From a virus (taxonomy: Duplodnaviria; Caudoviricetes), in the IMG/VR virus record IMGVR_UViG_3300011337_000498, positions 1 to 37,310 of that record: 37,310 bases of DNA; one strand, 5' to 3'. The notes under the pieces are model-generated. The model had not been told where the DNA came from and did not search any database. It was given only the letters and a program-made list of their open reading frames with translations. The position numbers were made by a program, and so were the translations under genes. Position 1 is the first letter of the stretch. Each line of letters starts with the position of its first letter. This document shows positions 8,705 to 18,566 of this stretch, in pieces.

Positions 8705-9159
8705 CAAATAAAGATTATTCGATTTTTGTATTAATCCTGATGATTGTTATATGTTCACTTATTAACTATAGTGGATGTATTGATAATAGTAATAATCATA
8801 TTGATACTGTTAAATCAGTTCAGGTAATTGATAGGCCTGTTACCATTAGGGATACAATTAAAATAAAAAGTATCAAAGTACTGATTAAAGATACATTGAT
8901 TAATGCAGACGTTTTACCATGTGATTCATCATTTATTGTTGTTAGTGATACCATAGTAACAAATACACATGATACGATTAACATAGGGTTTAATCATATA
9001 AATGATAGTTCCTTTTTCAATATGAATTTTAGACCTAGAAAGGATACTATATTAACAAATACAATTACTATTCCTGAATCTAAATCAGATTATAATTTAT
9101 TAATTGGTACATTTGGGATTGGTTTATTTTTGGGCATATTATCAGGATTTACAAAGTAA
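8701..9159 (+). CDS. Putative unimolecular spanin / envelope protein
   Basis: N-terminal hydrophobic signal ending SGC, beta-rich middle and C-terminal TM helix. Confidence 0.55.
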   Translation: MTNKDYSIFVLILMIVICSLINYSGCIDNSNNHIDTVKSVQVIDRPVTIRDTIKIKSIKVLIKDTLINADVLPCDSSFIVVSDTIVTNTHDTINIGFNHINDSSFFNMNFRPRKDTILTNTITIPESKSDYNLLIGTFGIGLFLGILSGFTK

Positions 9160-9680
9160 TGCAAGTATCTTTAATTAGACCTAATCCAAATAATCCGAGG
9201 CATATTAAAAAGGATAAATTTGATAAATTGGTTAAGAGCATTAAACAATTTCCTGAAATGTTAGAAGCAAGACCATTAATACTAAATAAAGATAATGTTG
9301 TATTGGGTGGTAATATGCGTTTAAAGGCATTGCAAAAGGCGGGTATTACTGATGTACCTGTTATTCATGTGGATTGGGATGCTGATAAAGAATCTGAATT
9401 TATTATTAAAGATAATTTATCATATGGTGAATGGGATTATGATATAATTGCAAATGAATGGGATGTAATTAAATTAGATGTTTGGGGTTTTGATTTACCT
9501 GTTAATACTGAATTAGATGCAATAGATAATAATGATATTGATGGTGTTAGCAAAGTGTATAGTATTAAAATAATATTTGATGATGCTGAACAGTTGCAAC
9601 ATGCTGAAAATGACATACAGGAATTAATAGATAGAAAATATAAAAATGCAAAAATGGCAATTAATATAAATGGAATATAA
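9159..9680 (+). CDS. ParB/Srx-like N-terminal domain protein
   Basis: PNPNNPR, LVKSI, VLGGNMRLKA and IKDN...GEWD motifs. Confidence 0.85.
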   Translation: MQVSLIRPNPNNPRHIKKDKFDKLVKSIKQFPEMLEARPLILNKDNVVLGGNMRLKALQKAGITDVPVIHVDWDADKESEFIIKDNLSYGEWDYDIIANEWDVIKLDVWGFDLPVNTELDAIDNNDIDGVSKVYSIKIIFDDAEQLQHAENDIQELIDRKYKNAKMAININGI

Positions 9681-9683
9681 CTA

Positions 9684-10043
9684 ATGGCATATGATAAAGA
9701 ATTAATATTTAATCAGGCATTAGATTTAATTAGTAAACATAATCTAATATTTATTGATGATGTATTAAATTTATTGCCAATACATCCATCTACATTTTAC
9801 GAATGGTATCCATCAGGTTCAGAGCGTAATGAAATTGTAAAATCTGAAATAAACAAAGTACGTATAAAGATGAAAGCAAATATGCGTAAAAAATGGTACG
9901 AATCTGATAATGCATCATTACAAATTGGTTTAATGAAATTATTAGGCACAGAGGATGAATGCAATAGATTAAGCGGTAACATGCAACAGAATAAGACAAG
10001 CGAAGTATACACTATCAAATGGAATTCATTAGATGCAAATTGA
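9684..10043 (+). CDS. terS: Terminase small subunit
   Basis: Helical protein with STFYEW, immediately upstream of and overlapping TerL. Confidence 0.7.
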   Translation: MAYDKELIFNQALDLISKHNLIFIDDVLNLLPIHPSTFYEWYPSGSERNEIVKSEINKVRIKMKANMRKKWYESDNASLQIGLMKLLGTEDECNRLSGNMQQNKTSEVYTIKWNSLDAN

Positions 10044-11187
10044 TGTATCATTACATACTGCACAAACTGAAATTATCAAAAATCGTAAAAGATTTAATGT
10101 TATAAGATGTGGCAGGCGTTTTGGTAAATCTACATTAGCATTTGCATTAGCATTAGAGACTATGCTAACAATACCCTATGCATCAGTATTATATACTGCG
10201 CCATCTAACGAAGATTTGAAAGGAAGGTATCAGGAAGCAAAACAAATGTTTTTGCCATTAGGCGCAGAATGCAAAGAGGGTGAAATTAAGTTAGGAAATA
10301 GCGTATTAAATTTAAAAGGTATTTGGCGTGCAGATGCATTAAGAGGTAATAAATATCATGTTGCAATATTAGATGAATGGGGGCATTGTGATAATGCGGA
10401 GGATGCATGGAATTTTGTCATAAGACCAACGTTAAATGATTATAAAGGAAAAGCATATTTTCTGTCAACACCAAAGGGCAAAAACCATTTATATACATTA
10501 GATAGACATTCTGAATCATTTGAGGATTGGAAATCTTTTCATTTTACATCGTATGATAATCCTTTAATTGATAATTCAGAAATAGATTCACAAAGGGATT
10601 TATTACCATCATTAGTATTTGCGCAGGAATATTTAGCAGAATATGTTGATAGGGATGCTTCTAAAATAAAAAGGGATTGGATTAACATCAGTAACAATAA
10701 GGAATGCATTGCGTTCTATATTGGGGTTGATTTGGCGATTGGATTAAATGACAACAATGATTATACTGCAATTTGTGTAATTGGTATCACAGCTGAAAAG
10801 GAAATAGTAATACAGGAAGTTAGAAGGGGGCGTTGGTCTTTTGTAGATATTGGGAATCAGATAGTAAGTGCACATGATAAATGGGCACCTAGAGTTGTTG
10901 CAGTTGAATCAAATCAGGCGCAGGCATGGTTAGTTCAGGAATTGAAAAGAAATACGAACATGAACGTTTTAGGGGTGCATTCAAGTAAGGATAAATTAAT
11001 ACGTTTTCAACCTGTAGAGGCAAAATATGAACGTGGTTTAGTATATCATGTTCCACATTTATTACCTGAATTTACTGATGAATTGTTGTCATTTACAGGT
11101 ACAAAGCAGGATAAACATGATGATATGGTTGATGCATTAAGCATGGCATGTAGTGTAATTAAAAAGAATCCATCTATATTAATATGA
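10033..11187 (+). CDS. terL: Terminase large subunit
   Basis: GRRFGKS Walker A, ILDE Walker B, STPKG, GVDLA and HDDMVDA nuclease motifs. Confidence 0.95.
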   Translation: MQIDVSLHTAQTEIIKNRKRFNVIRCGRRFGKSTLAFALALETMLTIPYASVLYTAPSNEDLKGRYQEAKQMFLPLGAECKEGEIKLGNSVLNLKGIWRADALRGNKYHVAILDEWGHCDNAEDAWNFVIRPTLNDYKGKAYFLSTPKGKNHLYTLDRHSESFEDWKSFHFTSYDNPLIDNSEIDSQRDLLPSLVFAQEYLAEYVDRDASKIKRDWINISNNKECIAFYIGVDLAIGLNDNNDYTAICVIGITAEKEIVIQEVRRGRWSFVDIGNQIVSAHDKWAPRVVAVESNQAQAWLVQELKRNTNMNVLGVHSSKDKLIRFQPVEAKYERGLVYHVPHLLPEFTDELLSFTGTKQDKHDDMVDALSMACSVIKKNPSILI

Positions 11188-13214
11188 GTATTTACAGTAA
11201 CATAGTTGAGCGAGTTAAATTTATTACAGGCGTTGGTAATAAGCGTAAACAGATGCCGTATAAAATTAGTGATACATACAGTAATGTAATGTCACCTAAT
11301 GCATTAAATGAATTAGAAGCAACTGCATATGGTACTATGTATTCATGTTTACAAATCAGATGTAATGGATTAGTATCATCAGTATTCAAAGGGTACAAAT
11401 TACAAAATTGGGATAAAGAGGAAATAAGCAACGCACATTGGGTTTCACGTTTATTGCAAAATCCAAATCCTTTTTTTACATATTCACAGCTGGTTACCTT
11501 TTTAGAACAATGGTTATGTATTAATGGAAATGCATTTATATGGACACCTACATTGGGGCACGATGTACCATTACAGATGTGGATTCTTAATCCAACTAGG
11601 ATGAAAGTTATTAAGGGCGGTAATAACTTTATAGAAGGTTATGTATATAATTCAATTAAAGATGGACAGATATACATTCCTGAAAATGAGATGATTCATT
11701 TAGCAAAGGTAAACCCTGCAGGATTAAGGGAGGAAATTGTTGGGATGAATATATTTGGAACGGGTTTGGTTTCTGCTGCGTTACAATATGCTGCAATAGA
11801 CAATGAGGTTGGTAGGTACTTATTAAGGTTATTAGCTAACAATGCGGTGCCTCCATTGGTGGCATCTATTCCAGAGGATATGGATGCTGATGAATGGTCA
11901 AATATGCGAAATCAATGGAATGAACGTTTGCCAAATTATAAATTGAATGCATTGTTGACTAATGGAATGACAATCAGTTTACCGCCTGAATCACAAATAT
12001 CAATTAGTTATGAATCCATATCAAAGGATGTACGTTCACAGATAGCGCAGGTGTTTGGTGTACCTACAGGAATGTTAACAGGTGAATACCAAAACAGAGC
12101 AACAGCGGAGGTACAATATGCAGTATTCAGACAACAAACAATATACCCTGAATCAAATTATATTGCAGAGGAATTGACAAGGCATTTCCAACGTTTTGAG
12201 GATGATATCATTGTTGAATCATTGCCATATGAATTTGTTGATATTGAAAAGCAAATTAAGCAGGAAGAATTCGAAATTAAATATGGTATATCAACAATCA
12301 ATGATATACGTGGAAAACGTGGATATGATAAACTGCCTAATGGTGATGTTGTATTAATTGCACAGGGTTTACAGCCCTTGCATTCAGTTATAAGTAATGC
12401 AAATACAAATACATCAACAGATGTTGTAAAAAAAAAAGTCATTAGAAATTTAGTATTAAATACACCTGAACAACGTGCAGTACATTGGCGCAGTTATGAT
12501 GATATACAACAGGATGTAAGTAAACAATTAATTATACCAATTAAGAATGCAATTACTGATATTAATGTACAGGCAATAGATGCAATAGAATCTGAGAATG
12601 TTGGTGATGTTTTACAGGTTAATCCTGAATCATTAAATCAGATACAGGATAAAATAGACAAAGCAATTACTAATGTTACTAATAAAGTATTAAAAGAATT
12701 TGAATCAGGTAATGAAAATTTATCAGGTGATTTTGGTAAACAAATGAAAACCATGGCATATGAAACTAATTTAAAAATATCAGATTCATTGGAATTAATT
12801 AGAAATGATATTGCATCTACATTATCACAAAATGCTAATAAATCAAAAGATGAATTAAGGGAAATATTATTAAATAAATATAAACAATTATCGAGAGGGC
12901 GTGCAGAAGCCATTGCACAAACAACAGCAACATCAGTAACAACAGGTGTGCAAAAAAATGTTTATAAAGATTTTAAACAATTATCTATGTGGAATACACA
13001 AAGGGATAAAAATGTTAGACCATCACACAGGGCAATGGATGGACAAATTCAAAATGAATTAGGGTATTTTACATTTTCTGATGGTACAAAAGTTGACAGA
13101 CCAGCAGGGGATTCACAGGCAGGAACAACAGTAAGTGCATCAAATGTTGTTAGATGCAGATGTTATTTATTTCCTGTAGAGAATCCAAAAAATAAGAAAT
13201 CTGATAAATTATAA
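11184..13214 (+). CDS. HK97-family portal protein fused to a Mu gpF / SPP1 gp7 head morphogenesis domain
   Basis: LLQNPNP, GNAF, IAQVFGVP and TINDIR portal motifs; C-terminal RAEAIAQT...W..QRDxxVRPSH..MDG...RCRC. Confidence 0.9.
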   Translation: MSIYSNIVERVKFITGVGNKRKQMPYKISDTYSNVMSPNALNELEATAYGTMYSCLQIRCNGLVSSVFKGYKLQNWDKEEISNAHWVSRLLQNPNPFFTYSQLVTFLEQWLCINGNAFIWTPTLGHDVPLQMWILNPTRMKVIKGGNNFIEGYVYNSIKDGQIYIPENEMIHLAKVNPAGLREEIVGMNIFGTGLVSAALQYAAIDNEVGRYLLRLLANNAVPPLVASIPEDMDADEWSNMRNQWNERLPNYKLNALLTNGMTISLPPESQISISYESISKDVRSQIAQVFGVPTGMLTGEYQNRATAEVQYAVFRQQTIYPESNYIAEELTRHFQRFEDDIIVESLPYEFVDIEKQIKQEEFEIKYGISTINDIRGKRGYDKLPNGDVVLIAQGLQPLHSVISNANTNTSTDVVKKKVIRNLVLNTPEQRAVHWRSYDDIQQDVSKQLIIPIKNAITDINVQAIDAIESENVGDVLQVNPESLNQIQDKIDKAITNVTNKVLKEFESGNENLSGDFGKQMKTMAYETNLKISDSLELIRNDIASTLSQNANKSKDELREILLNKYKQLSRGRAEAIAQTTATSVTTGVQKNVYKDFKQLSMWNTQRDKNVRPSHRAMDGQIQNELGYFTFSDGTKVDRPAGDSQAGTTVSASNVVRCRCYLFPVENPKNKKSDKL

Positions 13215-13236
13215 ATGTATTGATTAAGGTAATAAA

Positions 13237-14208
13237 ATGGATATAATAAAAAGAGAATTGCAAATAAATAAATCAGGGCATTATCCTGATGGTAATGAAT
13301 CAGGTATTGAATCAGTTGTAAATGATATATATACGTTTACAATTTCAACGCCTGAAATAGATAGATATGGTACAATTATAATTCCATCAGGAATTGATTA
13401 TACTGATTATTTAAACAATCCTGTAGTATTGGCGCAACATGATTCAGATGATTTACCTATTGGCAAATGTTTGGGTTTTGCAATGAATGGTGAAAATTTA
13501 GAAGCAACAATACAGGTACATAGATTAACAGAGGATGCATGCCAAATTGCTGATTTATTAAATGCAGGTTATTTAAATGCAGTATCTGTTGGTATTATAC
13601 CAATTGAATATCATGATGAAACTATTGATGGTACAAAAGTAACTGTATATGATAAATCTGAATTAGTTGAATTTAGTGTTGTATCTATTCCTGCAAATCG
13701 TACTGCACTTATAAAGAAATCCGTGGCAACAAACAAAAATAAATTAAATGACATATTAAACAAACTTTACAAGGTAAACAGGATGCTAACACCTGAACAA
13801 CAGCAGGCAATTGATGAACAATTACTGCCTGTATTGATAGAAGCAATCACAGTATTTTTAACAGAGGAATTGGCAATTGCTCCAGAGGAATCAGCAACAG
13901 CAGCGGAATCAGCTGTAATTGCATTAAGTGAATCCCTAACATCATCATTAAATGGTGAATCACCTGATATTGCACCTGATGCAACTGATAGCGGTACACC
14001 ATCAGAAACACCATTAACAGAAAGTGTATCAACACAAAGCGAAATTAGAGCAGGTAAAAAAATTAGTCAAACATCAGCGCAATTAATCATGGAAGGTTTA
14101 CAAATGATTAATGATGGACAGGGCAAAATTAAACAGGTATTGAATGCGCAACGTAAAATCGAAATGCCAAAAAAATTAAGTGTTGACGATTTATTAAATT
14201 TAATATAA
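13237..14208 (+). CDS. Prohead maturation protease with acidic C-terminal (scaffold-like) extension
   Basis: NPVVLAQHD..PIG, SVG and ELVEFSVVSIPAN motifs. Confidence 0.9.
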   Translation: MDIIKRELQINKSGHYPDGNESGIESVVNDIYTFTISTPEIDRYGTIIIPSGIDYTDYLNNPVVLAQHDSDDLPIGKCLGFAMNGENLEATIQVHRLTEDACQIADLLNAGYLNAVSVGIIPIEYHDETIDGTKVTVYDKSELVEFSVVSIPANRTALIKKSVATNKNKLNDILNKLYKVNRMLTPEQQQAIDEQLLPVLIEAITVFLTEELAIAPEESATAAESAVIALSESLTSSLNGESPDIAPDATDSGTPSETPLTESVSTQSEIRAGKKISQTSAQLIMEGLQMINDGQGKIKQVLNAQRKIEMPKKLSVDDLLNLI

Positions 14209-14229
14209 ACAAAAAAGGAAATAAAAATA

Positions 14230-15426
14230 ATGAGTAATATAATTATAACAAAAGAGCAATTAAAAGAAGTTGTTGACAGAAAGGTAAGCAATAGTTTAAG
14301 AAATGTAAATCCATTAAGTGTACATGCAAAAGGGTATGTGAATACAAAAGCTAATTTTGATGCACGTAATGAACAAGCCCGGGGAATTGGTCAATTTTTA
14401 TTGGCAACAATAAATGGTAAAAAAGGTGATGCATATGATATTGCACGTGAATTAAATACTAAATATATTGCACGTGCTAATTTTAATACAGGTACAACAG
14501 CGCAGGGCGGTGCGGTTGTTCCTGAATTTTGGGTTGAGGAAATCCAAAACTATGCAGACCAATTTGGTTATGCACGTGCACTTGCTAAGATATATCCAAT
14601 GCGTGGCAAAAAGGAATATTTAGCATCATCAGGTAATTTTACAGCATCAGTTGTTGCAGAAGGTTCAGGATTAACACTAACTGATTCAGCGTCATTTTTT
14701 ACACAAACTACATTGATAGCTAAAAAGATTGTAGCAGGTGCAATTGTTAGTGAAGAGGAATTACAGGATGCAACACCTGCATTATTGGATTATATGACAA
14801 ATGCAATGGCACGTGCAATTGCAGGTGTTGAGGATACGCAATATTTTAAAGGGGATGGTAGTGGTGCAAACTTTACAGGCATCTTGTCAACATCAGGTAC
14901 TACAGTTAGTTATTTAGGAGCTAGTTCCACATCAGGCAAAACAGCGTTTTCTAATATTTCATGGAAGGATTTAATTAACCTTAGATTATCTGTCAATAGT
15001 AGTGTTGGTGCAAATGGTTCATTTGTTGTGCCACAATCTGTATTTGGTTTCATCATGAAAGAAACTGATGCTGTAAATGGGCGTCCTATATTTGATATGG
15101 TTAAACCTATGGATTATGCTGATATTGGGTTAACAGCATTAGCAAATAATACATATACATCAGTAACAGGCAGACCAATACATGTAGTTCCTGATTCACT
15201 ATTTCCATCATCAGCAGTAAGTACAGGTTGTGCAATTTATGCTGATTTCTCACAATTTACAATTATGGGAATTAGAGAGGATGTATTATTACAAGAATTT
15301 ACAGAGTATTTTGGTGCAACAGGTTTAGGCGGTACACATCAAAGAGGTATTAGTTTAACAGAGCGGGTTGCGTTTGGATTCCCTGCACCATCTGCATTAG
15401 GCATTTTAAAAACATCAGCATCATAA
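14230..15426 (+). CDS. Major capsid protein (HK97 fold)
   Basis: GGAVVPE, VAEG, VSEEELQD, FKGDGSG, GRPI and ADFS motifs; follows the protease. Confidence 0.93.
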   Translation: MSNIIITKEQLKEVVDRKVSNSLRNVNPLSVHAKGYVNTKANFDARNEQARGIGQFLLATINGKKGDAYDIARELNTKYIARANFNTGTTAQGGAVVPEFWVEEIQNYADQFGYARALAKIYPMRGKKEYLASSGNFTASVVAEGSGLTLTDSASFFTQTTLIAKKIVAGAIVSEEELQDATPALLDYMTNAMARAIAGVEDTQYFKGDGSGANFTGILSTSGTTVSYLGASSTSGKTAFSNISWKDLINLRLSVNSSVGANGSFVVPQSVFGFIMKETDAVNGRPIFDMVKPMDYADIGLTALANNTYTSVTGRPIHVVPDSLFPSSAVSTGCAIYADFSQFTIMGIREDVLLQEFTEYFGATGLGGTHQRGISLTERVAFGFPAPSALGILKTSAS

Positions 15427-15442
15427 TTTTAGGATTAATTAA

Positions 15443-15586
15443 ATGATAGATGTAATTGTTTTGAAATCTATTTATGGTCAACCTGTTGGAGCTATTACTC
15501 AAATTCATGTAAATGAATTAAATGAATTAACTTCAAATGGTACTGTTAAAGAAATAGTAAATAAAGTAACAAATAAAAAAGGATAA
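15443..15586 (+). CDS. Small hypothetical protein after capsid (47 aa)
   Basis: AGGA upstream; MIDVIVLKSIYGQPVG...NKKG. Confidence 0.65.
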   Translation: MIDVIVLKSIYGQPVGAITQIHVNELNELTSNGTVKEIVNKVTNKKG

Positions 15587-15592
15587 TTATTT

Positions 15593-16219
15593 ATGGCATA
15601 TAGTTCATTGTATCCACGGTTGCAAACTAGTTTTTTTTCTTTTTTGAACATACAGAAATCAGGCGAACAAACTGCCGAGGAATCTGAATTATATGAATAC
15701 ATAGATAATATATTTACTGTATGTTTTGCAGAGGTTGATGCGTATTGTAATCAACCCCTGCAAAGTACAGTTATAACGTATGAATTTACCGCCTTAAATG
15801 CCCGTAGTGGCTACGAATCCCTGCACAAATGGAAATATATACCCTATACAAATAACGTTGTTTTAAACAGCTTTTCATGGCGTGCAAATGAATTTGATAC
15901 ATATGTTGCTATGAATGTATTAGATTATAAATTTACAAGTGACGAGGGTTCTAATTTCATTATCATCAGGAATAAAGAGCAGGGACAATTTAAGGCAGTC
16001 ATGAATGTTGGTTATACTGAACAAAATATGCCATTATCAGTAATACAGGGTATAACAGAAATGGCAGTACATATATATAAAACAACTGCACAGGGCGGTA
16101 ATTGGTTTGGTTTATCATCAGTAAGTACATCAGGTTCAGGGCAAAATGTTAATAATAATTTATTGGCATCTATAAATTGGCAAAAGTATTTTAATAAATA
16201 TAAATTGCGTGCGGTGTGA
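15593..16219 (+). CDS. Head-tail adaptor
   Basis: VDAYCNQ...VGY...MPxxVxQGI..MAVHIY; position after capsid. Confidence 0.75.
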   Translation: MAYSSLYPRLQTSFFSFLNIQKSGEQTAEESELYEYIDNIFTVCFAEVDAYCNQPLQSTVITYEFTALNARSGYESLHKWKYIPYTNNVVLNSFSWRANEFDTYVAMNVLDYKFTSDEGSNFIIIRNKEQGQFKAVMNVGYTEQNMPLSVIQGITEMAVHIYKTTAQGGNWFGLSSVSTSGSGQNVNNNLLASINWQKYFNKYKLRAV

Positions 16220-16773
16220 TTAAACAAGATGAAATAGAAAATGCAATATATAATGTAGTTAGTGATAATCTGCAAAGATTCCCTGCCGAAATGCAGGTAT
16301 TTATTGCAAAACGTTTGTCTAATTCAGGCGGTTATGCAGGTGAATCATCACGTGCAACAGTATTTAAAGCAAAGGGCTCACTATTATCATCAGTATCAGG
16401 CAAATTATTCCAAAGTTTCATTAAGAATAATAAGAATAATATCTATAGAATCACAGGTTCAGAGGGTGATTTAGAATTAGAATATGGTACAAAGTTAATT
16501 TATGCACGTATTCATGAGGAAGGTGGATTTATTAAATCCAAGGGCAAAATGCAATGGTTTGCATTTGGTCAATACAAAGAGACTAAATCACCATTTTGGC
16601 AAAAAATAGGGGCAGCCATCATTAAAAATGGTGGTGTGAATATTCCCAAACGTGCATATTTTAAACCTGCATTCAAGGAATGGGAGCAAACTGCGAAGCC
16701 TGAATATAAAAAAAGAATTGTTAAAGAAATTATAAATGAGATAAATATATGTCTCGAGAGAAACAGGTCATAA
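16216..16773 (+). CDS. Tail completion / virion morphogenesis protein (Mu gpG-like)
   Basis: SGKLxxS, YGTxxxYARIHEEGG and IPKRAYF motifs. Confidence 0.8.
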   Translation: MIKQDEIENAIYNVVSDNLQRFPAEMQVFIAKRLSNSGGYAGESSRATVFKAKGSLLSSVSGKLFQSFIKNNKNNIYRITGSEGDLELEYGTKLIYARIHEEGGFIKSKGKMQWFAFGQYKETKSPFWQKIGAAIIKNGGVNIPKRAYFKPAFKEWEQTAKPEYKKRIVKEIINEINICLERNRS

Positions 16774-17210
16774 ATGCTATATTTGACAAATTGTCAAGAT
16801 TGCCCAATATAAAAACATATGAACAAGTTACGTTTGATAAATGGAATTTATATGCATTTGATTATGTAGGTATATATTCAACAGCTGATGAACGTATTAC
16901 TGAATCATTAGAGGATAATAGTGCAATAGCGAGACAGGGCAAATTGGATATTTATTTATTGGTTGGTAATGGTGTTAAAAAATCCCCAACATTAGGAAAA
17001 GCATTATTAAGAAATGCTATGCAGGATACATGTGAATTGATAGAATACACATTAACTAATTTAATTATCAATGATTATATTAGTGATTATGGTGATACTG
17101 TATTTTCACCATTACATTACATTAGTACTGATAATGTTGCATATATTGATGATGAAACAAAAGGCGTTTCATTAATGACATTTAGAGCATATTATTTTAA
17201 GAATGGATAA
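16749..17210 (+). CDS. Putative tail terminator
   Basis: Size and position between gpG-like gene and tail tube. Confidence 0.55.
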   Translation: MSREKQVINAIFDKLSRLPNIKTYEQVTFDKWNLYAFDYVGIYSTADERITESLEDNSAIARQGKLDIYLLVGNGVKKSPTLGKALLRNAMQDTCELIEYTLTNLIINDYISDYGDTVFSPLHYISTDNVAYIDDETKGVSLMTFRAYYFKNG

Positions 17211-17931
17211 AAAAGGAATGGAAGTGGAAATAGTAAAACATAAAAATATATTATTATCTGTTGCTGTAATGCATCCCCAAAATAGCAATTTGAGAAAATT
17301 AATATCTACATTACCAAAGGGGGTGCAAATTGTATCATGTGTTACAATACAGTCGGATAGTTTTACTGATGAAATTGAATTAATAGCGAATACAGAAAAC
17401 ATCGTATCATTGAATTATTATTATACATCATATGATGTGGATTTTGATTTTAGCAAAGTTCGGAATTACATGGATTCATATGCATCAGGTGAATGGATAT
17501 TACATATTGATTCAGATGAATATGTTGGAAATCCAAAAGAGGAATTATTATCTATTATTCAGGATTTAGACAAGACTAATGCGGTTGGTGCATATTTAAC
17601 AATTGCAGGTTCTATATATAAACATGATATTGTAGATGATTTACGTGAACGTTATGCAAATCCATCACTACGAATTGTACGTAATTGTGAATCAATGAAA
17701 TGGCAGGGCATTGTTCATGAATGGGTTGATAGTATTGATGATGATAGGAAATATGTATATGATAGTAATGTAGTATTATTACATGATGGTTATTTAATTA
17801 CAGATAAAGAATTTCAGGATAAAGGAATAAGAAATGGGAAATTATTAATTAGAGAATATACAAGAAATGCCACGGATAGAATTTGGAATTATATGATTAA
17901 GACATTTAAATTTTTACAAATAAAGGATTAA
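17203..17931 (+). CDS. Glycosyltransferase family 2-like protein inside the tail operon
   Basis: DFSKVRN, SGEWILHIDSDE (DxD), WQGIVHE and LLHDGY motifs. Confidence 0.85.
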   Translation: MDKKGMEVEIVKHKNILLSVAVMHPQNSNLRKLISTLPKGVQIVSCVTIQSDSFTDEIELIANTENIVSLNYYYTSYDVDFDFSKVRNYMDSYASGEWILHIDSDEYVGNPKEELLSIIQDLDKTNAVGAYLTIAGSIYKHDIVDDLRERYANPSLRIVRNCESMKWQGIVHEWVDSIDDDRKYVYDSNVVLLHDGYLITDKEFQDKGIRNGKLLIREYTRNATDRIWNYMIKTFKFLQIKD

Positions 17932-17935
17932 TATT

Positions 17936-18490
17936 ATGGTAGTAGGTGGTGCAAATAAATCGGTATTTTTTACAGCAAATGAGACCACAGGTTCATGGGG
18001 TACAACTGTACAAATTACATTACAAAAGAAAATTAAAACATCAGTAACACGTACAACATTTACAATTGACCAAAACGAAGACGACCCACAATTAACTGCA
18101 TTCTTAGAGACATATGCACCTAAATCACAGGCGGCGGCGGATACCGGTGAATATGAAGACGGCGTTAAGTTTAATTCAGCAACAGCGGATTCCCAAACAT
18201 TAGGACAAATTATCTATGGTGCAAAGTATGCAGGCAGTTCAGTAACATACGCAGGAACAAGAAAGGTTGTTGTAATGACTTGTAAATTAGCGCAGGATGC
18301 AGGTGCATTTGATATGGAATCAGGTAAATATACAAAACCTAAAATATCAGGCGAAGTAATTAATAATGATGCATTGGTAACAATACCAGCAACAGTATTT
18401 GATGCAACATTAGTTAATGTTGGTGCAACGGCTAATTACTTTATATCACAGGATAAAGGGTACAGAGAATTATGGATATCAGCAGCATAA
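17936..18490 (+). CDS. Major tail (tube) protein
   Basis: 184 aa, Ala/Thr-rich, followed by a hairpin and the chaperone pair upstream of the tape measure. Confidence 0.7.
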   Translation: MVVGGANKSVFFTANETTGSWGTTVQITLQKKIKTSVTRTTFTIDQNEDDPQLTAFLETYAPKSQAAADTGEYEDGVKFNSATADSQTLGQIIYGAKYAGSSVTYAGTRKVVVMTCKLAQDAGAFDMESGKYTKPKISGEVINNDALVTIPATVFDATLVNVGATANYFISQDKGYRELWISAA

Positions 18491-18513
18491 TAATATATAA
18501 TAATTAATTACAT

Positions 18514-18538
18514 TCAGGGGATTTAATAAATCCCCTGA
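18514..18538 (+). terminator. Hairpin after tail tube gene (terminator or mRNA stabiliser)
   Basis: TCAGGGGATTT-aat-AAATCCCCTGA perfect 11-bp stem; poor U-tract. Confidence 0.6.
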
Positions 18539-18566
18539 TTATATAAATATTTAATGGAATAGAATC

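Noticed and set aside
16262-16474. Alternative-frame 70-aa ORF within the gpG-like gene
   Set aside because: Fully nested, with a GTG start, no convincing RBS and no motif.
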